NCBI GenBank assembly: GCA_963693365.1
Contig: CAVNZM010000008.1
Span: 6,954,830-7,018,829 of the forward strand
Source: Amoebidium appalachense
Taxonomy: Eukaryota > Protista > Ichthyosporea
DNA length: 64,000 nt
Direction: 5' to 3'
In this document: in pieces, positions 48,956 to 63,125 of the stretch
Layout: each line of letters begins with the position of its first letter
How positions within the stretch are numbered: the stretch's first letter is position 1
Position numbers and translations under genes: made by a program
Notes under the pieces: generated by a model
Database searches by the model: none
Told to the model about the DNA's origin: nothing
Seen by the model: the letters and a program-made list of their open reading frames with translations, nothing else

Positions 48956-51900
48956 ATGGCCGCCAGGGTTGGCTGGTTGCTGGCCGGAGCCTGCAGCCGC
49001 AGCGCAAAGGGCACAGTCAGGTGCGTGCTGGGGGGCTGGGGCGTGTGCTGCTGCACAGGGGCCACCTGCAGGCACAGCACGTGCCTGCAGGGCCAGAGCC
49101 TGTGCTCCCTCCGTGGAGGCCCATAAGGGGACAGAGAGCTGATAAGACCAGCACTAACAGTGGAAGTGGGCGGTGTGCAGGGGTGTGCCTGCACGGGGTA
49201 GTTACATAGAAGGGCAGGCACAAGGCAGCACAAGTGCACGTCCACACCGGCTCGTACCACGCATATGCAGGCACACAAGTGGTTGCAGGTGTGTGTCCGT
49301 GCTGCCGAGGGTGACACAAGAAAGCAGAGTGGGAAAAGCGCACTAAGGCGCCCCTGTGCAGACCCACCCACGCTGCAGCGTACCTGCAGAACAGAGACCA
49401 CCCGCCACCTGCTAACCCCCACCCCCCACCAGGCTTGCCTCTGTGCTTGGCCCGCAACCCCTCAGGCTGTGTGTGCGGCCACTGCACCTGCAGGCTGTTG
49501 CTGCCCGGCCACTGTTTGAGCGTGCAGCCAGGCAGGCCAGTACGGGGCTGGTGTGGCCCACAGCACGCAGGCTCGGCCTGCTGGGCCTGGGCCTGAGGCT
49601 GGGGCCGGGCATAGGGCTCTTCCCCTCCCTGCTGCGCTGCGAGGCCGCCAACCCCCCCCAGCGTATGCCCACAGCCAAGCACCCAGCAAAGGCGCTGCTC
49701 CTGGACGGCACGGTAGAAGAAGAGGAGGAGCCAGCACCACCCGTGCACACGGCCTTCCCCTGGCGGGCCTTCCTGCGGCTGCTGGTGCCCGACATAGGGT
49801 GGCTGCTGCTGGCTGTGGCCACGGCGTTTGGCACAGCACTGATGAACATCAAGATACCGGCCGCACTGGGCAGGCTGGTCAACCTCATCAACGATATGGC
49901 AAAGGCAGGCAGTAGGTCCCCACCCACCATCCCAGGCTATTGTCACAGACTTTCAAGGCTCACGTGGTCTTTACAGGCTTGCCAACAACCAATCATGTTT
50001 GTAATCCGGATTGCCTAATTGAAGGCGCTCCAATTAAAAACTTGCATTGGAGAGCGCAGCAAACGCGTCTGAGTGGAGTGCCCTCAATTCATCCAATCAT
50101 TTGAAAGCCCGGCAAATCGATTCGCATTGACCAATTAACTTTGCAATCTGACTTCCATATTGAAGGCGCTCCAATCAAACGGCTTAAAAATAACCAATGA
50201 AATTAGCAGTCGATTTTTGGTTTGCCCCCCTTTACCAATGGCACGTAAAGTGGCTCATGGCAAAGTCTGTGACAATAGTTTGCCATGGTGTGGCTGCACG
50301 TGGGTGCACAGCAGGGGGAGGGTGTGGGGGGGGAAGAAGGACCAAAAAAAAGGGGAGAGGGAATGGGGGGGAGAGGGTTCGTCAGTGGTGGGAGGGGTTG
50401 GAGTAGATGTTCTGTAGACGTGGAGAGAGGACACAACCAAAGCGGCAAAGGGATTGATTGGTGCGCCATTAAGGGCCAAGGCAGCTGATTGGTGGGCCAC
50501 TAAGGACCAAGTATTTGATTGGTGGGGCACTAAGGACCAAGTATTTGATTGGTGGGGCACTAAGGACCAAGTATTTGATTGGTGGGCACTAAGGACCAAG
50601 GATTTGATTGGTAGGGCACTAAGGACCAAGTATTTGATTGGTGGGGCACTAAGGACCAAGTATTTGATTGGTGGGACACTAAGGACCAAGTATTTGATTG
50701 GTGGGCCACTAAGGACCAAGGCAGCTGGTTGGTGGGCCATTAAGGACCAAGGCAGCTGATTGGTGGGCCACTAAGGACCAAGGCAGCTGATTGGGGACCA
50801 AGGCAGCTGATTGGTGGGGCACTAAGGACCAAGGCAGCTGATTGGTGGGGCACTGCAGGCTTTGACCGGCAGCTGCTGCACAGTGCCGGCATGGGGCTGC
50901 TGGGGCTGTACGGCATCCACGGCGCACTGACGGCAGTCTACATTGCCCTTCTGGCCTATGTCGGTGTGTGGGGGGTGCAGGCACGTGCATGGGGCACACA
51001 CAGGCAGGCATGTGCAGGGGGCACAAACAGGCAGGCACGTACAGTAGGACATGCACAGGCAGGCACATACAGTAGGACATGCACAGGCAGGCACGTACAG
51101 TAGGACATGCACAGGCAGTTCACGTGCACACCTACACATGCAGGTGGGTACCTGTCCAGACACACGCAGCAAGGTCACAGGCAGTACACAGGCACGTGCA
51201 GGGGGTGTGGGGTGCTGATGGCTGGGGGGTGGTGCAGGGGAGAGCCTAGCTGAGCGCATGCGCAAGATGCTGTATGAGGCCATAGTGACCCAGGACATAG
51301 CCTTCTTCGACGTGCACCACAGTGGGGAGCTGGTCGGCCGCCTGACTAATGACGTGCAGGGTATGTGCACTGGGGGGGTGAGGGTCTGCACTTGCAGACC
51401 AGGGGGGTGAGGGTGTGCACTTGCAGACCAGGGGGGTGAGGGTGTGCACTTGCAGACTAGGGGGGTGAGGGTGTGCACTTGCAGACTAGGGGGGTGAGGG
51501 TGTGCACTTGCAGACTAGGGGGGTGAGGGTGTGCACTTGCAGACTAGGGGGGTGAGGGTGTGCACTTGCAGACTAGGGGGGTGAGGGTGTGCACTTGCAG
51601 ACTAGGGGGGTGAGGGTGTGGCTTCAGGCCAATCCCGTAGCAGGCAGGCAGGGTGGGTAGACTTGTGATGTGCAGGCACACAGCCACAGCCAAGGAGGGC
51701 CATGGGGGTGGCATGGTGGCACGCCAGTGGATGATAGCACATTCACCAAGGTCATGTACCTGACACCTGCCAAGCATGTTTCATCCCAATATGCACCGAT
51801 AGTGCATGCACAGATAAACCTATAGTGCATGAACAGATAAGCCTATAGTGCATGCACAGATAAACCTGTAGTGCATGCACAGATGAACCTATAGTGCATG

Positions 51901-52601
51901 ACCAGATAAACCTATAGTGCATGACCAGACAAACCTATAGTGCATGAACAGATAAACCTACAGTGCATGCACATATGCAGGGCACACACGTGGGCTAACA
52001 GGGGCGCAGAGTTCAAGAGTGCGTTCAAGAGCACCATCAGCAATGGGCTGCGCAGCACCACGCAGTTTGTGGGCAGTGTCACGGCCCTGTTCCTCATCTC
52101 CCCCCAGCTGACTATGCTGACAGTGGTCATCGTCCCGGCCATGGGTAGGCCCGGCCCTGGTCACCCACATGCACACACACACACACACACGTGCACACAC
52201 ATGCGCACATACACACACACACGTGCACACACTCATCCACACATGCCACCACCACCACGACCACGACCACAGGAAAGGCAAGGCAAAGAAACACACCCAT
52301 GCGGAGGCAGTAGGATGCAGGCAAGCCAACAGGGCAGAGGACACGTGTGTATTGGTGGCTGGCCTGATGAGGCTCTGAGGCCCCCATGTGGCTGACTGCT
52401 ATGGGGGGAATAGACTGGGGTGGAGGCTGGCTGGTGGTCAAAGCATGGTGGGGAGGTGCCGGCATACACACACAAACATACATATGAATACACACACTCA
52501 CAAACATACATATGAAAACACACACTCACAAACATACATATGAATACACATACACACAAACGTACACATACACACACACATACACACACACACACACACA
52601 C

Positions 52602-52663
<62 letters not shown>

Positions 52664-53021
52664 ACACACGCACGACTGGCCTACTATATGGCTGTTATGA
52701 GCCGTGTCCTGACACATACGCACAGTTGGGGCCGGCAGTCTCTTTGGGCACTTTTTGCGCAAACTGTCGAGGGCAGCCCAGACCCAGGTGGGCGTGGCTA
52801 CGGCCGTGGCCGAGGAGAGCATCGGTAACTAACCCCCCCCCCCCCGTTCGTACAATCCCCCTCCCCCTCCCCTCACATCCCCCCCCAAACCCCAAACCCC
52901 CTGGCCTCCCAGCCTCTCCCCAACCCCTTAGACCAGCAGCCAAGCAGCACACTGGGTGCCCCAGCAACCAGGCCCACCTTAATGGCACGGCAAATGGCTG
53001 CAACACATATTGGCTCTGACC

Positions 53022-53120
<99 letters not shown>

Positions 53121-55443
53121 CGTGGGCTGACCCTGTGAGTGCAGGCAACATGCGGACTGTGCGTGCGTTTGCCATGGAGGACCACGAGATAGCGACATAC
53201 ACAGAGGAGGTCAACAAGGCCGCATCCATCAACACATGGCTGGGCATCGGCATAGGTAGGTGCTGTGCCACGCGGGCGGCTGGGGATGAATGTGTGTGTG
53301 GGGGGGTACATGGGGGTGTGTGCATGTGGGTGGGTGTTTGAGGGAGTTTGGTAGGGGCACGCATGTATGCCCAAGACTGACGCCAGGGCAGGGCTGTTCC
53401 AGGGGGCATCGTCACTGGCCATCAACAGCATGACGCTTGCTGTGCTCTACTACGGGGGGCTGCTGATCCACGAGGGCAGCCTGACGGGGGGAGACCTGAT
53501 GTCGTTCCTGGTCAGCACGCAGATGGTGCAGCGGGCTATGGGCAACCTCAGCATGCTGTTTGGCGCCCTGATCAGGGGCACGGCTGCGGGGGCCAGGGTG
53601 TTCGAGTACATGCTGCTGCAGCCCTCCATCCCCGTCAAAGGTGGCCACATCCCCGACACTGTGCGAGGGGAGGTGAGCACTGGCCGTGCCTGCCCATACC
53701 TCCCCCCCCTCCCCCTTAGCACACCTGCCTGCCCCCCCCCTCCTCCCCCCCATCCCCACCTGCCCCTGTGCCTCTGTCTGTTCCCTCCGTCCTCAGCTAC
53801 CCCCCCCCCCCCCCCCCCCATGATGCCTCTGGGCCCTGGCTGACCTTCCTCCAATCAGATCGAGTTCCGTGACGTGGACTTCTTCTACCCCAGCCGGCCG
53901 GGCAAGCCAGTGCTCACCTCGTTCCGGCTGACTGCTGTTGCCGGCAGCGTGCTGGCCCTGTGCGGCCCATCGGGCTCGGGTATGCGTTGGGGGTGGCAGG
54001 TGCAGGCCTTGGTGGCGTGGGTCCATGCAGGAAAATCCATTGGTGATGTGTGGTAGCCACTCCCAAAGCGGTCTAGTCATTTATCTGCACATGGGAGCAT
54101 AGCAAACTGTTGTGATGGGCGCACTGTTGAAGCTCACCAATGGTCCCCATGGCCGGCAAGTGATTATTGACGGCCAATGGGTATGCAAATCACATGGCTA
54201 TGAAAAAAAAAAAAATGGTTGGTTCGGCTTGACTTGCTACCCCCCTTCACCAATCACCTCTCTTTTTGCCTTGCTGTTGGGTTGTATGTGGGGGGTGCTG
54301 AATGGTGCACGCAGGCAAGTCGACGATCGGCAGCCTGATTGAGCGGTTCTACGACCCTGTGAGAGGGCAGGTGCTGCTGGACGGTGTGGACATCAGAAGC
54401 ATCGACCCCATGTGGCTAAGGGGCAAGCTAATTGGCTACATCGGCCAGGTCCGTGCCCTGATTGGCTGTGGCATTGCTCTGCCGTGTGCTGATTGCCTGT
54501 GGCCTTGCTCTGCTGTGTGCTGATTGGCTGTAGCCTTGCTCTGCTGTGTGTTGATTGGCTGTAGCCTTGCTCTGCTGTGTGCTGATTGGCTGGGCAGGAG
54601 CCGACGCTGTTTGCAGCCAGTGTGATGGAGAACATCCGCTACGGCCGCATGGATGCGACAGACGAGGAGGTCTACGAGGCAGCCAGGCAGGCAAATGCCC
54701 ACACATTCATCACGTGAGTGCCTGCAGACACACAGTACATGTGCACGTCAGGTGTGCACATGCACAAGCACACATGCAATGAGGCACGCCCACATACACA
54801 CACACATACACAAAACCACATACATGTGAGCACACAAACACATGCCACTCTTGCACGCACACACACATACATGCACATGCAGCTGTGTGTAACCACATAT
54901 ACTCACACCCACAGCCAACAACACAAGTACAAGCACATGTGTGCAAGCGCGCGCGTGCACACACACACACATGCACACACACACTCAGACACACATGCAT
55001 ACATGCACACACAAACACACAGATCGCCAACCTATGAAACCACGCAGCAGTGGGACCATGCAGTGTCATACTTGGTGCATGGTGGCTGTGTGGGCCTGCG
55101 CCCATTACTGACTGGCTGTGTGTGCCCATTTCTGATTGGCTGTGTGTGCCCATTTCTGATTGGCTGTGTGTGCCCATTTCTGTTTTGCTGCGTGTGCCCA
55201 TTCTGATTGGCTGTGTGCCCATTTCTGATTGGATGTGTGTGCCCCGTTCTGATTGGCTGTGTGCTTCCTTTCTGATTGGCTGTGGGCAGGGAGTTCCCCA
55301 AGGGCTACAACACGGTTGTGGGGGAGAGAGGAGTGACCCTCTCTGGGGGCCAGCGCCAGCGCATAGCCATTGCTAGGGCACTGCTCAAGGTGGGGGGGTG
55401 GGTGGGGTGGGGGGGTGGGGGGGGGATAGGGGGATGGGGCGCG

Positions 55444-55492
<49 letters not shown>

Positions 55493-55920
55493 GGGGGGAG
55501 GGGGAGGTGTCGTGAGGCTTCCGAACCTATGTGTGACGCATGTGTGCTTAGTGTGTGTCTTGGTGCCCAGCTATTTAAGTCTTTGTGTGTGTGTGTGTGC
55601 ATGTGTGTGTGTGTGTGCAAGTGTGTGTGTGTGCATGTGTGTGTGTGTGTGTGTGTGCATGTGTGTGTGTGGTGCTTTGCTGTGGGTAAGTGTCGTTGTG
55701 CGTGAATGTATGTGTGTTGGGTGCCGTCCTGATGCCCGTGCATGGCTCAGATGCCCTCACACCCTGCATGTGCATGCCCCCATGGCCTATTGCTAGTAGG
55801 CCCCACACATTATGCCGGCATAACCCTGACCCTGCCCCCAGAACCCACACATCTTAATTCTGGACGAGGCCACCAGTGCCCTGGATGCTGAGTCCGAGCG
55901 ATTGGTGGGTGCCATGTGTG

Positions 55921-55951
<31 letters not shown>

Positions 55952-56638
55952 ACTTGCCTACCTGCCTGCCTGCCTGTACTGACTTCCCCCCAGGTGCAGG
56001 AGGCACTCGACCGTGTGCTTGCTGGCCGCACGGTGATCGTGATTGCCCACAGACTCAGCACCATCCGGGTACGCACATATGCCCCAAATTTGGACCCTAG
56101 TTGGTCACCACATATGCCCCAAATTTGGACCCTAGTTGGCCACCATATATGCCCCAAATTTGGACCCTAGTTGGCCACCACATATGCCCCAAATTTGGCC
56201 CCTAGTTGGCTACCGCACCCCTGTTGCCACACGTTGCCCTGCAGCCCCACGCCCCCTTGCTCCCCCCTCCCTCTCTCCCCCCTTGTGAGCTTCCCTTTGC
56301 ACTCTTTGCCTTCTCTCCGTCTCTGAGCCCCCCTCCAACCTCCCCTCCAACGACCACCAATTCCTCCGAGTCCTCCCCACCCTTCCTTCTTGCCCACCAT
56401 ACTCTGCGTCGTTAGCACAGCACATAATGGTGGTGGTTGTGGCATTGTGTGGTTGGTGTGCATGGTAGGTTGGTGCATGGGCTGAGTGTGTTTGCAGAAT
56501 GCGGACTGCATTGCGGTGATGAAGCGGGGCCGGATTTTGGAGATGGGCACGCACGAGCAGCTGATGAGCCTGCGGGGGCTGTATGCCGACCTGGTCAACA
56601 GGCAGATCAGTCCCGATGACCTGCAGCAGGACGACTAG
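48956..56638 (+). CDS. ABCB8: Mitochondrial ABC half-transporter, ABCB8 homolog, multi-exon
   Basis: Arg-rich presequence-like start; [19 protein letters not shown]; [19 protein letters not shown]|EFKSAFK..GLRSTTQ, typical of ABCB8; [11 protein letters not shown]; ARVFEY. Walker A GPSGSG|KST, Q-loop [36 protein letters not shown] and VIAHRLSTI are present. Stop at 56636-56638. The start exon is less certain. Confidence 0.93.
50455..50850 (+). repeat. Intronic ~30-bp minisatellite ending at an ABCB8 3' splice site
   Basis: TGATTGGTGGGGCACTAAGGACCAAG units; the last unit reads GCTGATTGGTGGGGCACTGCAG|exon. Confidence 0.92.
51365..51620 (+). repeat. Intronic 29-bp minisatellite directly after an ABCB8 donor
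   Basis: GTGTGCACTTGCAGACTAGGGGGGTGAGG, about 8 copies. Confidence 0.92.
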
Positions 56639-56874
56639 GTTGCCTGCAGGTGTGGTGTGGGGGCATGGACACAGTGTGCTGTGCTTGTGGTGTATGATGG
56701 TTGTAATATCATGCAGTCAATGTGCTGTACTTTTTTCCCAGATAGTTGCTCTGTTCCCATCCCCCTTGCTACACCTACCACCCTTTCTCCGACTTTTCAA
56801 AGAAACTGGCGTCGGTGGTTGGTTGTTGTGAGGAAGGGGTGGGTAGTGGAAAAGTTGATCCAATAGTTTTAAAG

Positions 56875-58063
56875 GTATCGTGCACACAGTGAGTAGTCAA
56901 TGAGAGTGCAGACAGTGATCCAGTAAAGGCATCGTGCACACAGTGAGTAGTCAATGAGAGTGCAGACAGTGATCCAGTAAAGGCATCGTGCACACAGTGA
57001 GTAGTCAATGAGAGTGCAGACAGTGATCCAGTAAAGGCATTGTGCACACAGTGAGTAGCCAACGAGTGTGCAGACAGTGATCCAATGAAGGCATCGTGCA
57101 CACAGTGGGTAGCCAATAAGTGTGCAGACAGTGATCTAATAAAGGCATCGTGCACACAGTGATCCAAAAAGGCATCGTGCACACAGTGAGTAGCCAATGA
57201 GAGTGCAGACAGTGATCCAATAAAGGCATCGTGCATACAGTGAGCAGGCAGTGATCCAATAAAGGCATCGTGCACACAATGAGTAGCCAATGAGTGTGCA
57301 GACAGTGATCCAATGAAGGCATCGTGCACACAGTGAGTAGCCAACGAGTGTGCAGACAGTGATCCAATGAAGGCATCGTGCACACAGTGAGTAGCCAATG
57401 AGTGTGCAGACAGTGATCCAATAAAGGCATCGTGCACACAGTGGGTAGCCAATGAGTGTGCAGACAGTGATCTAATAAAGGCATCGTGCACACAGTGATC
57501 GAATATCGGCATCGTGCACACAGTGAGTAGCCAATGAGAGTGCAGACAGTGATCCAATAAAGGCATCGTGCATACAGTGAGTAGCCAATGAAAGTGCAGA
57601 CAGTGATCCAATAAAGGCATCGTGCACACAGTGAGTAGCCAATGAAAGTGCAGACAGTGATCCAATAAGGCATCGTGCACACAGTGAGTAGCCAATGAGT
57701 GTGCAGACAGAGAGTGCAGGCAGTGATCCAATAAAGGCATCGTGCACACAATGAGTAGCCAACGAGTGTGCAGACAGTGATCCAGTGAAGGCATCGTGCA
57801 CACAGTGAGTAGCCAACGATTGTGCAGACAGTGATCCAATAGAGGCATCGTGCACACAGTGAGTAGCCAATGAGTGTGCAGACAGAGAGTGCAGGCAGTG
57901 ATCCATTAAAGGCATCGTGCACACAATGAGTAGCCAATGAGTGTGCAGACAGTGATCCAATAAACACATTGTGCACACAGTGAGTAGCCAATGAGTATGC
58001 AGACAGTGATCCAATAAAGGCATCGCGCACACAGTGAGTAGCCAATGAGTGTGCAGACAGTGA
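56875..58063. repeat. 54-bp minisatellite (with 27-bp half units) downstream of ABCB8
   Basis: AAGGCATCGTGCACACAGTGAGTAGCCAATGAGTGTGCAGACAGTGATCCAATA, about 22 copies. Confidence 0.95.
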
Positions 58064-58895
58064 TACGTCACAACATCGCTGTATACGTCGTGCCACAGTG
58101 GCGTGTACATGCACATACACATACCCACATGCACATGCTATGCCCACACGTGATTACCACCTAGCATGTACATGTGTGTGCTCAGGTTTGGAACTTTTTG
58201 TTCAATTGTTTTTACGTCATTGTTGGTTGATGGGACTTGGCCATTCCGATCGAGCACATGGCCATGTGTGCGAGCCAAATATGATATATCAGGCGCGCGG
58301 TCTTATAACCGGGCCAAGTTTGGCCACCGTGTTTTTATTCGGCGCTGGTTGAGATACTGTCAGCCCTTAGCATGAAAGGTCCCCCTGAGGCCCATTGCCG
58401 CCTGCTGCCTAGAACTCTCGAGAGCCACACGTATGCCACCTGCTCTGTGGGCCATTCATGCACCCACTACACTCTCCGAGGAGCCCAATGACATTGCGTG
58501 AACGTTGTGCCCGTAGGCGAGAAGGGGACTCTGGGTGTGGTGATGTGCGGGGGAGGGAGATAGACACCAGGGTTGCAGTGCAAACAGTCCCTTGTGACAG
58601 CAGGTGAGGAGTGGTAGCCGATATGAAACAGAATGGATCCTGATCACATACATGCACGGTGATCGTGTGTGTGTGTACATATAATGCCATGGCAATGCTA
58701 TGAGTTGGTTGCCTTTTGCTCCTTTGTGTTTAGAGTCTGAATCTGATGCCGCATATCCAACCCCTCCCTCTCCCTTCTCTCTTGTGTACACTCGTCTCCT
58801 CTTTTTCTCCCTTTCTTTTTCATTTCTTTTCATTTCTTTTCATTTTGGTAGTGGTGGTGGTGGGGTTGGGTGGGGGGTTGTTGTTGTTGTTGTTG

Positions 58896-58943
<48 letters not shown>

Positions 58944-59454
58944 TACATTACGGCTTCTGAGAGTTGGAAATTGAGCTCACCACAGTGGGGCAGTCACCAA
59001 TGAGATCTTTTGATTGGATCGTATTTGACATCATAGACTTAATGTCAACATACGTCCAGAGTACACGCACACATTGATTATCAGCCAACGATGTCAGGTA
59101 ACGAACAACCCCCCCCCCCCCCCCCCCCCCCCCCCCGACGATGTTAAAGGGGGGTTTTTTTAGGCCGATTAATCGTCCCGATTCCAGCACATCCGGGTCA
59201 AGCCATTTGCTCAGCATATAAATCATGACATGAACTGCAATCTTCTTCCAAACACTTTATCGTTATTCTTCCCTTCTTGATTTTTCCCCCTCTTTTCTTT
59301 TCTTTTTTGTTGGTTATGGCGCATCTGTACCTTGCTGCCGGCAAAACGATGCTGTGCAGCACGTCAATCATATAGCTAGAATCGCCTCTGACCCGACCCG
59401 GACGGAAATTCTAAAAGAGACCCCCTTAAATAGCCGACTGGCACCATGATCCCC

Positions 59455-59485
<31 letters not shown>

Positions 59486-59706
59486 AAAACAAAAAAAAAC
59501 AAAAAACAAAAAAAACAAAAACAAAAACATACTGCATCTAACATAAGGTGCCTCGTGGACCTCCACCCAATCCGAGTACATCCAGTCTGTGCCTGCACAT
59601 TTATAATCCCCATCCAAGCCGGGCACACGGCAGCAACCACATACATTCTTGCATATTCGCCCCAAGCATTCATTCCATACATAACAACCATCACCCCATC
59701 CAGCGG

Positions 59707-62700
59707 CTACTCGCCATCCTCCTCTCCGTCCTCAAAGTTCTGTGCCCAAGTCCTCAAAGTCAGTGTGCACCCCACACTTTATCCCTTGCCTTTTCCTCCT
59801 AAAAACACACGCACACACGTACATCCACACCCACACACACTACCCCCCCCCCCCCCCCACACACACACACGCACGCACGCATGCACACAAGCCCCCCTCT
59901 CCCTTCCCTGCACACTAACACATACACACTCTCTCCCTTCAACCCCATCTCCTTCCCAACCAACATACGTGTGTGCGTGCACGCACACACAAACACACAC
60001 ACATATACCCACATTATCCCCCCCTCCCCCCCATCCCCCCCTGCCCCCCCCCCCCCCCCTACCCTCTCCTTTGGCTCTGCGTCCTCTCCAAACTGGATTG
60101 CGTTGTCGATGGTGGCCAGCAGTACACTGATGCTGTCGGGGTCCTCCCGGTCCAGAGTGTGGAACGACACCATGCCCCACTCGTCCATCTGGCCCATCTC
60201 ATTGGATAATAGGTCCCAGGCCACACAGCCCCATGCCAAATATAGATCCCAGGCCTCCATTCCTCATCAGCAGATGGGGTATCTTCGGCTTGGGAACCAA
60301 CCCCCTCCCCCCCCCCCCCCCCCCCCCCAAAAATAAATAAATAAATAAATAAATAAATAAACAAAAAGAAAAGAAAAGAAAAGCAAAGCAAGCAGGAGGG
60401 CGCACAGTGGATGACACACAGATATCAACAGACACCCCCTCACACGTAGCCCCACGTGCCGCCACCCACACCATACCCCCCACCCACACATGCACCCTAA
60501 GCCCCTCCCCCCTCATGCACCCATGGCCCCACATAGGCCCACCCACCAGGTTTGCCAGGGCGTGGTTGAGGCGGTAGAATCTCTCGTGCATGGAGGCATT
60601 TGCATCCTGGGTGATAAGCGATGCATCAGCTAGCAGGTACCTGCATGCCTGTCAGCACTCCCCCTGCACACAGAGCCCTGTCCGTTTACCTGTCCATTAA
60701 AAGCCTCCCCCCCCCCCAGCCCCCCTCCCCCCTCCCCCCCCCCCCCCACCTGTCCATGTCCGGCCTCCTTGCCCTCTTGCCCAGCAGGTCGCACTTGGTC
60801 AGCACGTTGACGTGGGGCACCTCCAGGCGCACCATGGCAGCCATGGCACTGAGTGCACCGGCAAAGAACTTGGCCGTGTCGGCTACAAACTGCGCATCAA
60901 GGAGGTACACCGCTGCCGGTGGACGGATAGGTGCCGGGGGGGAAGGGAGGGGGGGGGTTGAAGGGGGGATGATTAGAGGGTTGGAAATATGGATGAGACA
61001 ACAATGGACAAACTAATACACAAAACGTCACAAAAAGAGGGGGGGGAGGGGGGTGCCTGCAGGGGCGTCGTGCACGAGCCTTAGCTGTGCACGTGCTTGT
61101 GTGTCTGCCAGGCATGCACGTACCACAGACCCTGTAGTCCCACCGCTGCAGGGTGTCGACCAGCTGGCGCATGTACGTGAAGTGCGAGAACAGCTCGATC
61201 TGCCCTGCACGTGGTGTCAGCAGCCACACACACATGATCACCACTGTGCCCTGCAACAAACCACCCACCGACCCCTACTTCTGCGACCACAAAAGCAACA
61301 CACAAACCACACAAAGCCACACCAACGCACCCACACATGCAATGGAGCCGCACACCCACAACCCCCCTACCCCCTCACCCGGGCAGTCAAACAGCACATA
61401 GTCGTCCTCATAGTCTCCCAACTCCTCCTCCAGCCAGTCCATATTCTCAAGCAGAAACCTGCCCCCACAGGTTAGTGCCTATTGTATTCATGAATGCCTA
61501 TTGTATTCATGAGTGCCTATTGTATTCATGAGTGCCTATTGTATTCATGAGTGCCTATTGTATTCACGAGGGCCTATTGTACTCATGAGGGCCTATTGTA
61601 CTCATGAGGGCCTATTGTATTCATGAGGGCCTATTGTATTCATGAGTGCCTATTGTATTCATGAGGGCCTATTGTATTCATGAGGGCCTATTGTACTCAT
61701 GAGGGCCTATTGTATTCATGAGGGCCTATTGTATTCATGAGTGCCTATTGTATTCATGAGTGGCTATTGTATTCATGAGTGGCTATTGTATTCATGGGAG
61801 CCTAATACTGCCCTACCCACAACTGCCTGCCCTTAGGTAAATAACTCCCAACCGTTCTTGTTCACCTAAAAGCCCCCCTCATCCACCCTTCCTCCCGTGC
61901 GCCGACACGAACCCCACACATGTCACGCAGCCCCCCCCCCCCCCCCTCCACCCCTCCCACACCCCCTTACTCCAGTCCCCCCCCCCCTCCCCCCTCCTTC
62001 CCTCAAGCCCCCCCTTACTCCATGCAGTAGGCCAGTATAAACCCCCCCTTACTCCATGCAGTAGACCAGTATAAACCCTCCCTTACTCCATGCAGTAGAC
62101 CAGTATAAACCCCCCCTTACTCCATACAGTAGGCCAGTATAAACCCCCCCTTACTCCATGCAGTAGGCCAGTATAAACCCCCCCTTACTCCATGCAGTAG
62201 GCCAGTATAAACCCCCCTTACTCCATGCAGTAGACCAGTATACACCCCCCCTTACTCCATGCAGTAGGCCAGTATAAACCCCCCCTTACTCCATGCAGTA
62301 GGCCAGTATAAACCCCCCCCTTACTCCATGCAGTAGGCCAGTATAAACCCCCCCTTACTCCATGCAGTAGGCCAGTATAAACCCCCCCTTACTCCATGCG
62401 GTAGGCCAGTATAAACCCCCCCTTACTCCATGCAGTAGGCCAGTATAAAACCCCCTTACTCCATGCAGTAGATCAGTCCCCCGTTTGGCCCGAGGCTCAG
62501 CTCCTCCATGACGTCATCCAGGCCCACAAGGTCCCTGATGTCTAGGGGGATAGTGGTATTTGATATCAGTGGGGGGGCATAATCGTGTGCATGCAGGCAC
62601 CTAGCCTATGTCGGTGCCTAATATTGGTAGGGCGGGATATATCGGTGCCTGATACTGGCAGGGGGCGGAAAGTATTTTTTGCAGCCTGTGTCGTAGTTGC

Positions 62701-63082
62701 AGTAATGGCATGCGTTGTGCATAATATACGCTTGTGTGCCTGCCTTGCATGTGTGTATGCGTGCCTGTATGTGGTGTGTTCGTACACAGGTGTTGTCGTG
62801 GCCCGTACGCATGTGTGCTCGTGCGGGTATGCAGTGCGTGTAAATCGCACCTGTGCCTGTCCCCGTATTTGCGTGTGCCTTGTGTGCCTGTGTTTGTGTG
62901 TGCCCGTGGGCGCCTAGTGCATGTGACGTGCAAGGCAGGTGTTCTTGTGTGTGTGCCTGTGTGCCCGTGAGCCCACGAGTGCTGTCTGAGTATGTGTTGT
63001 GTGTGCATGTTTAGGCGGCTTTGCATGTGTTTGCGTGCATGCGTGCGCGTGTGTGTGTGTGCGTGTGCGTGTGCGTGTGCGT

Positions 63083-63125
<43 letters not shown>

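Noticed and set aside
56775-58147. 360-380-aa repeat-protein ORFs
   Set aside because: They come from the 54-bp minisatellite and have no unique domain or splice context.
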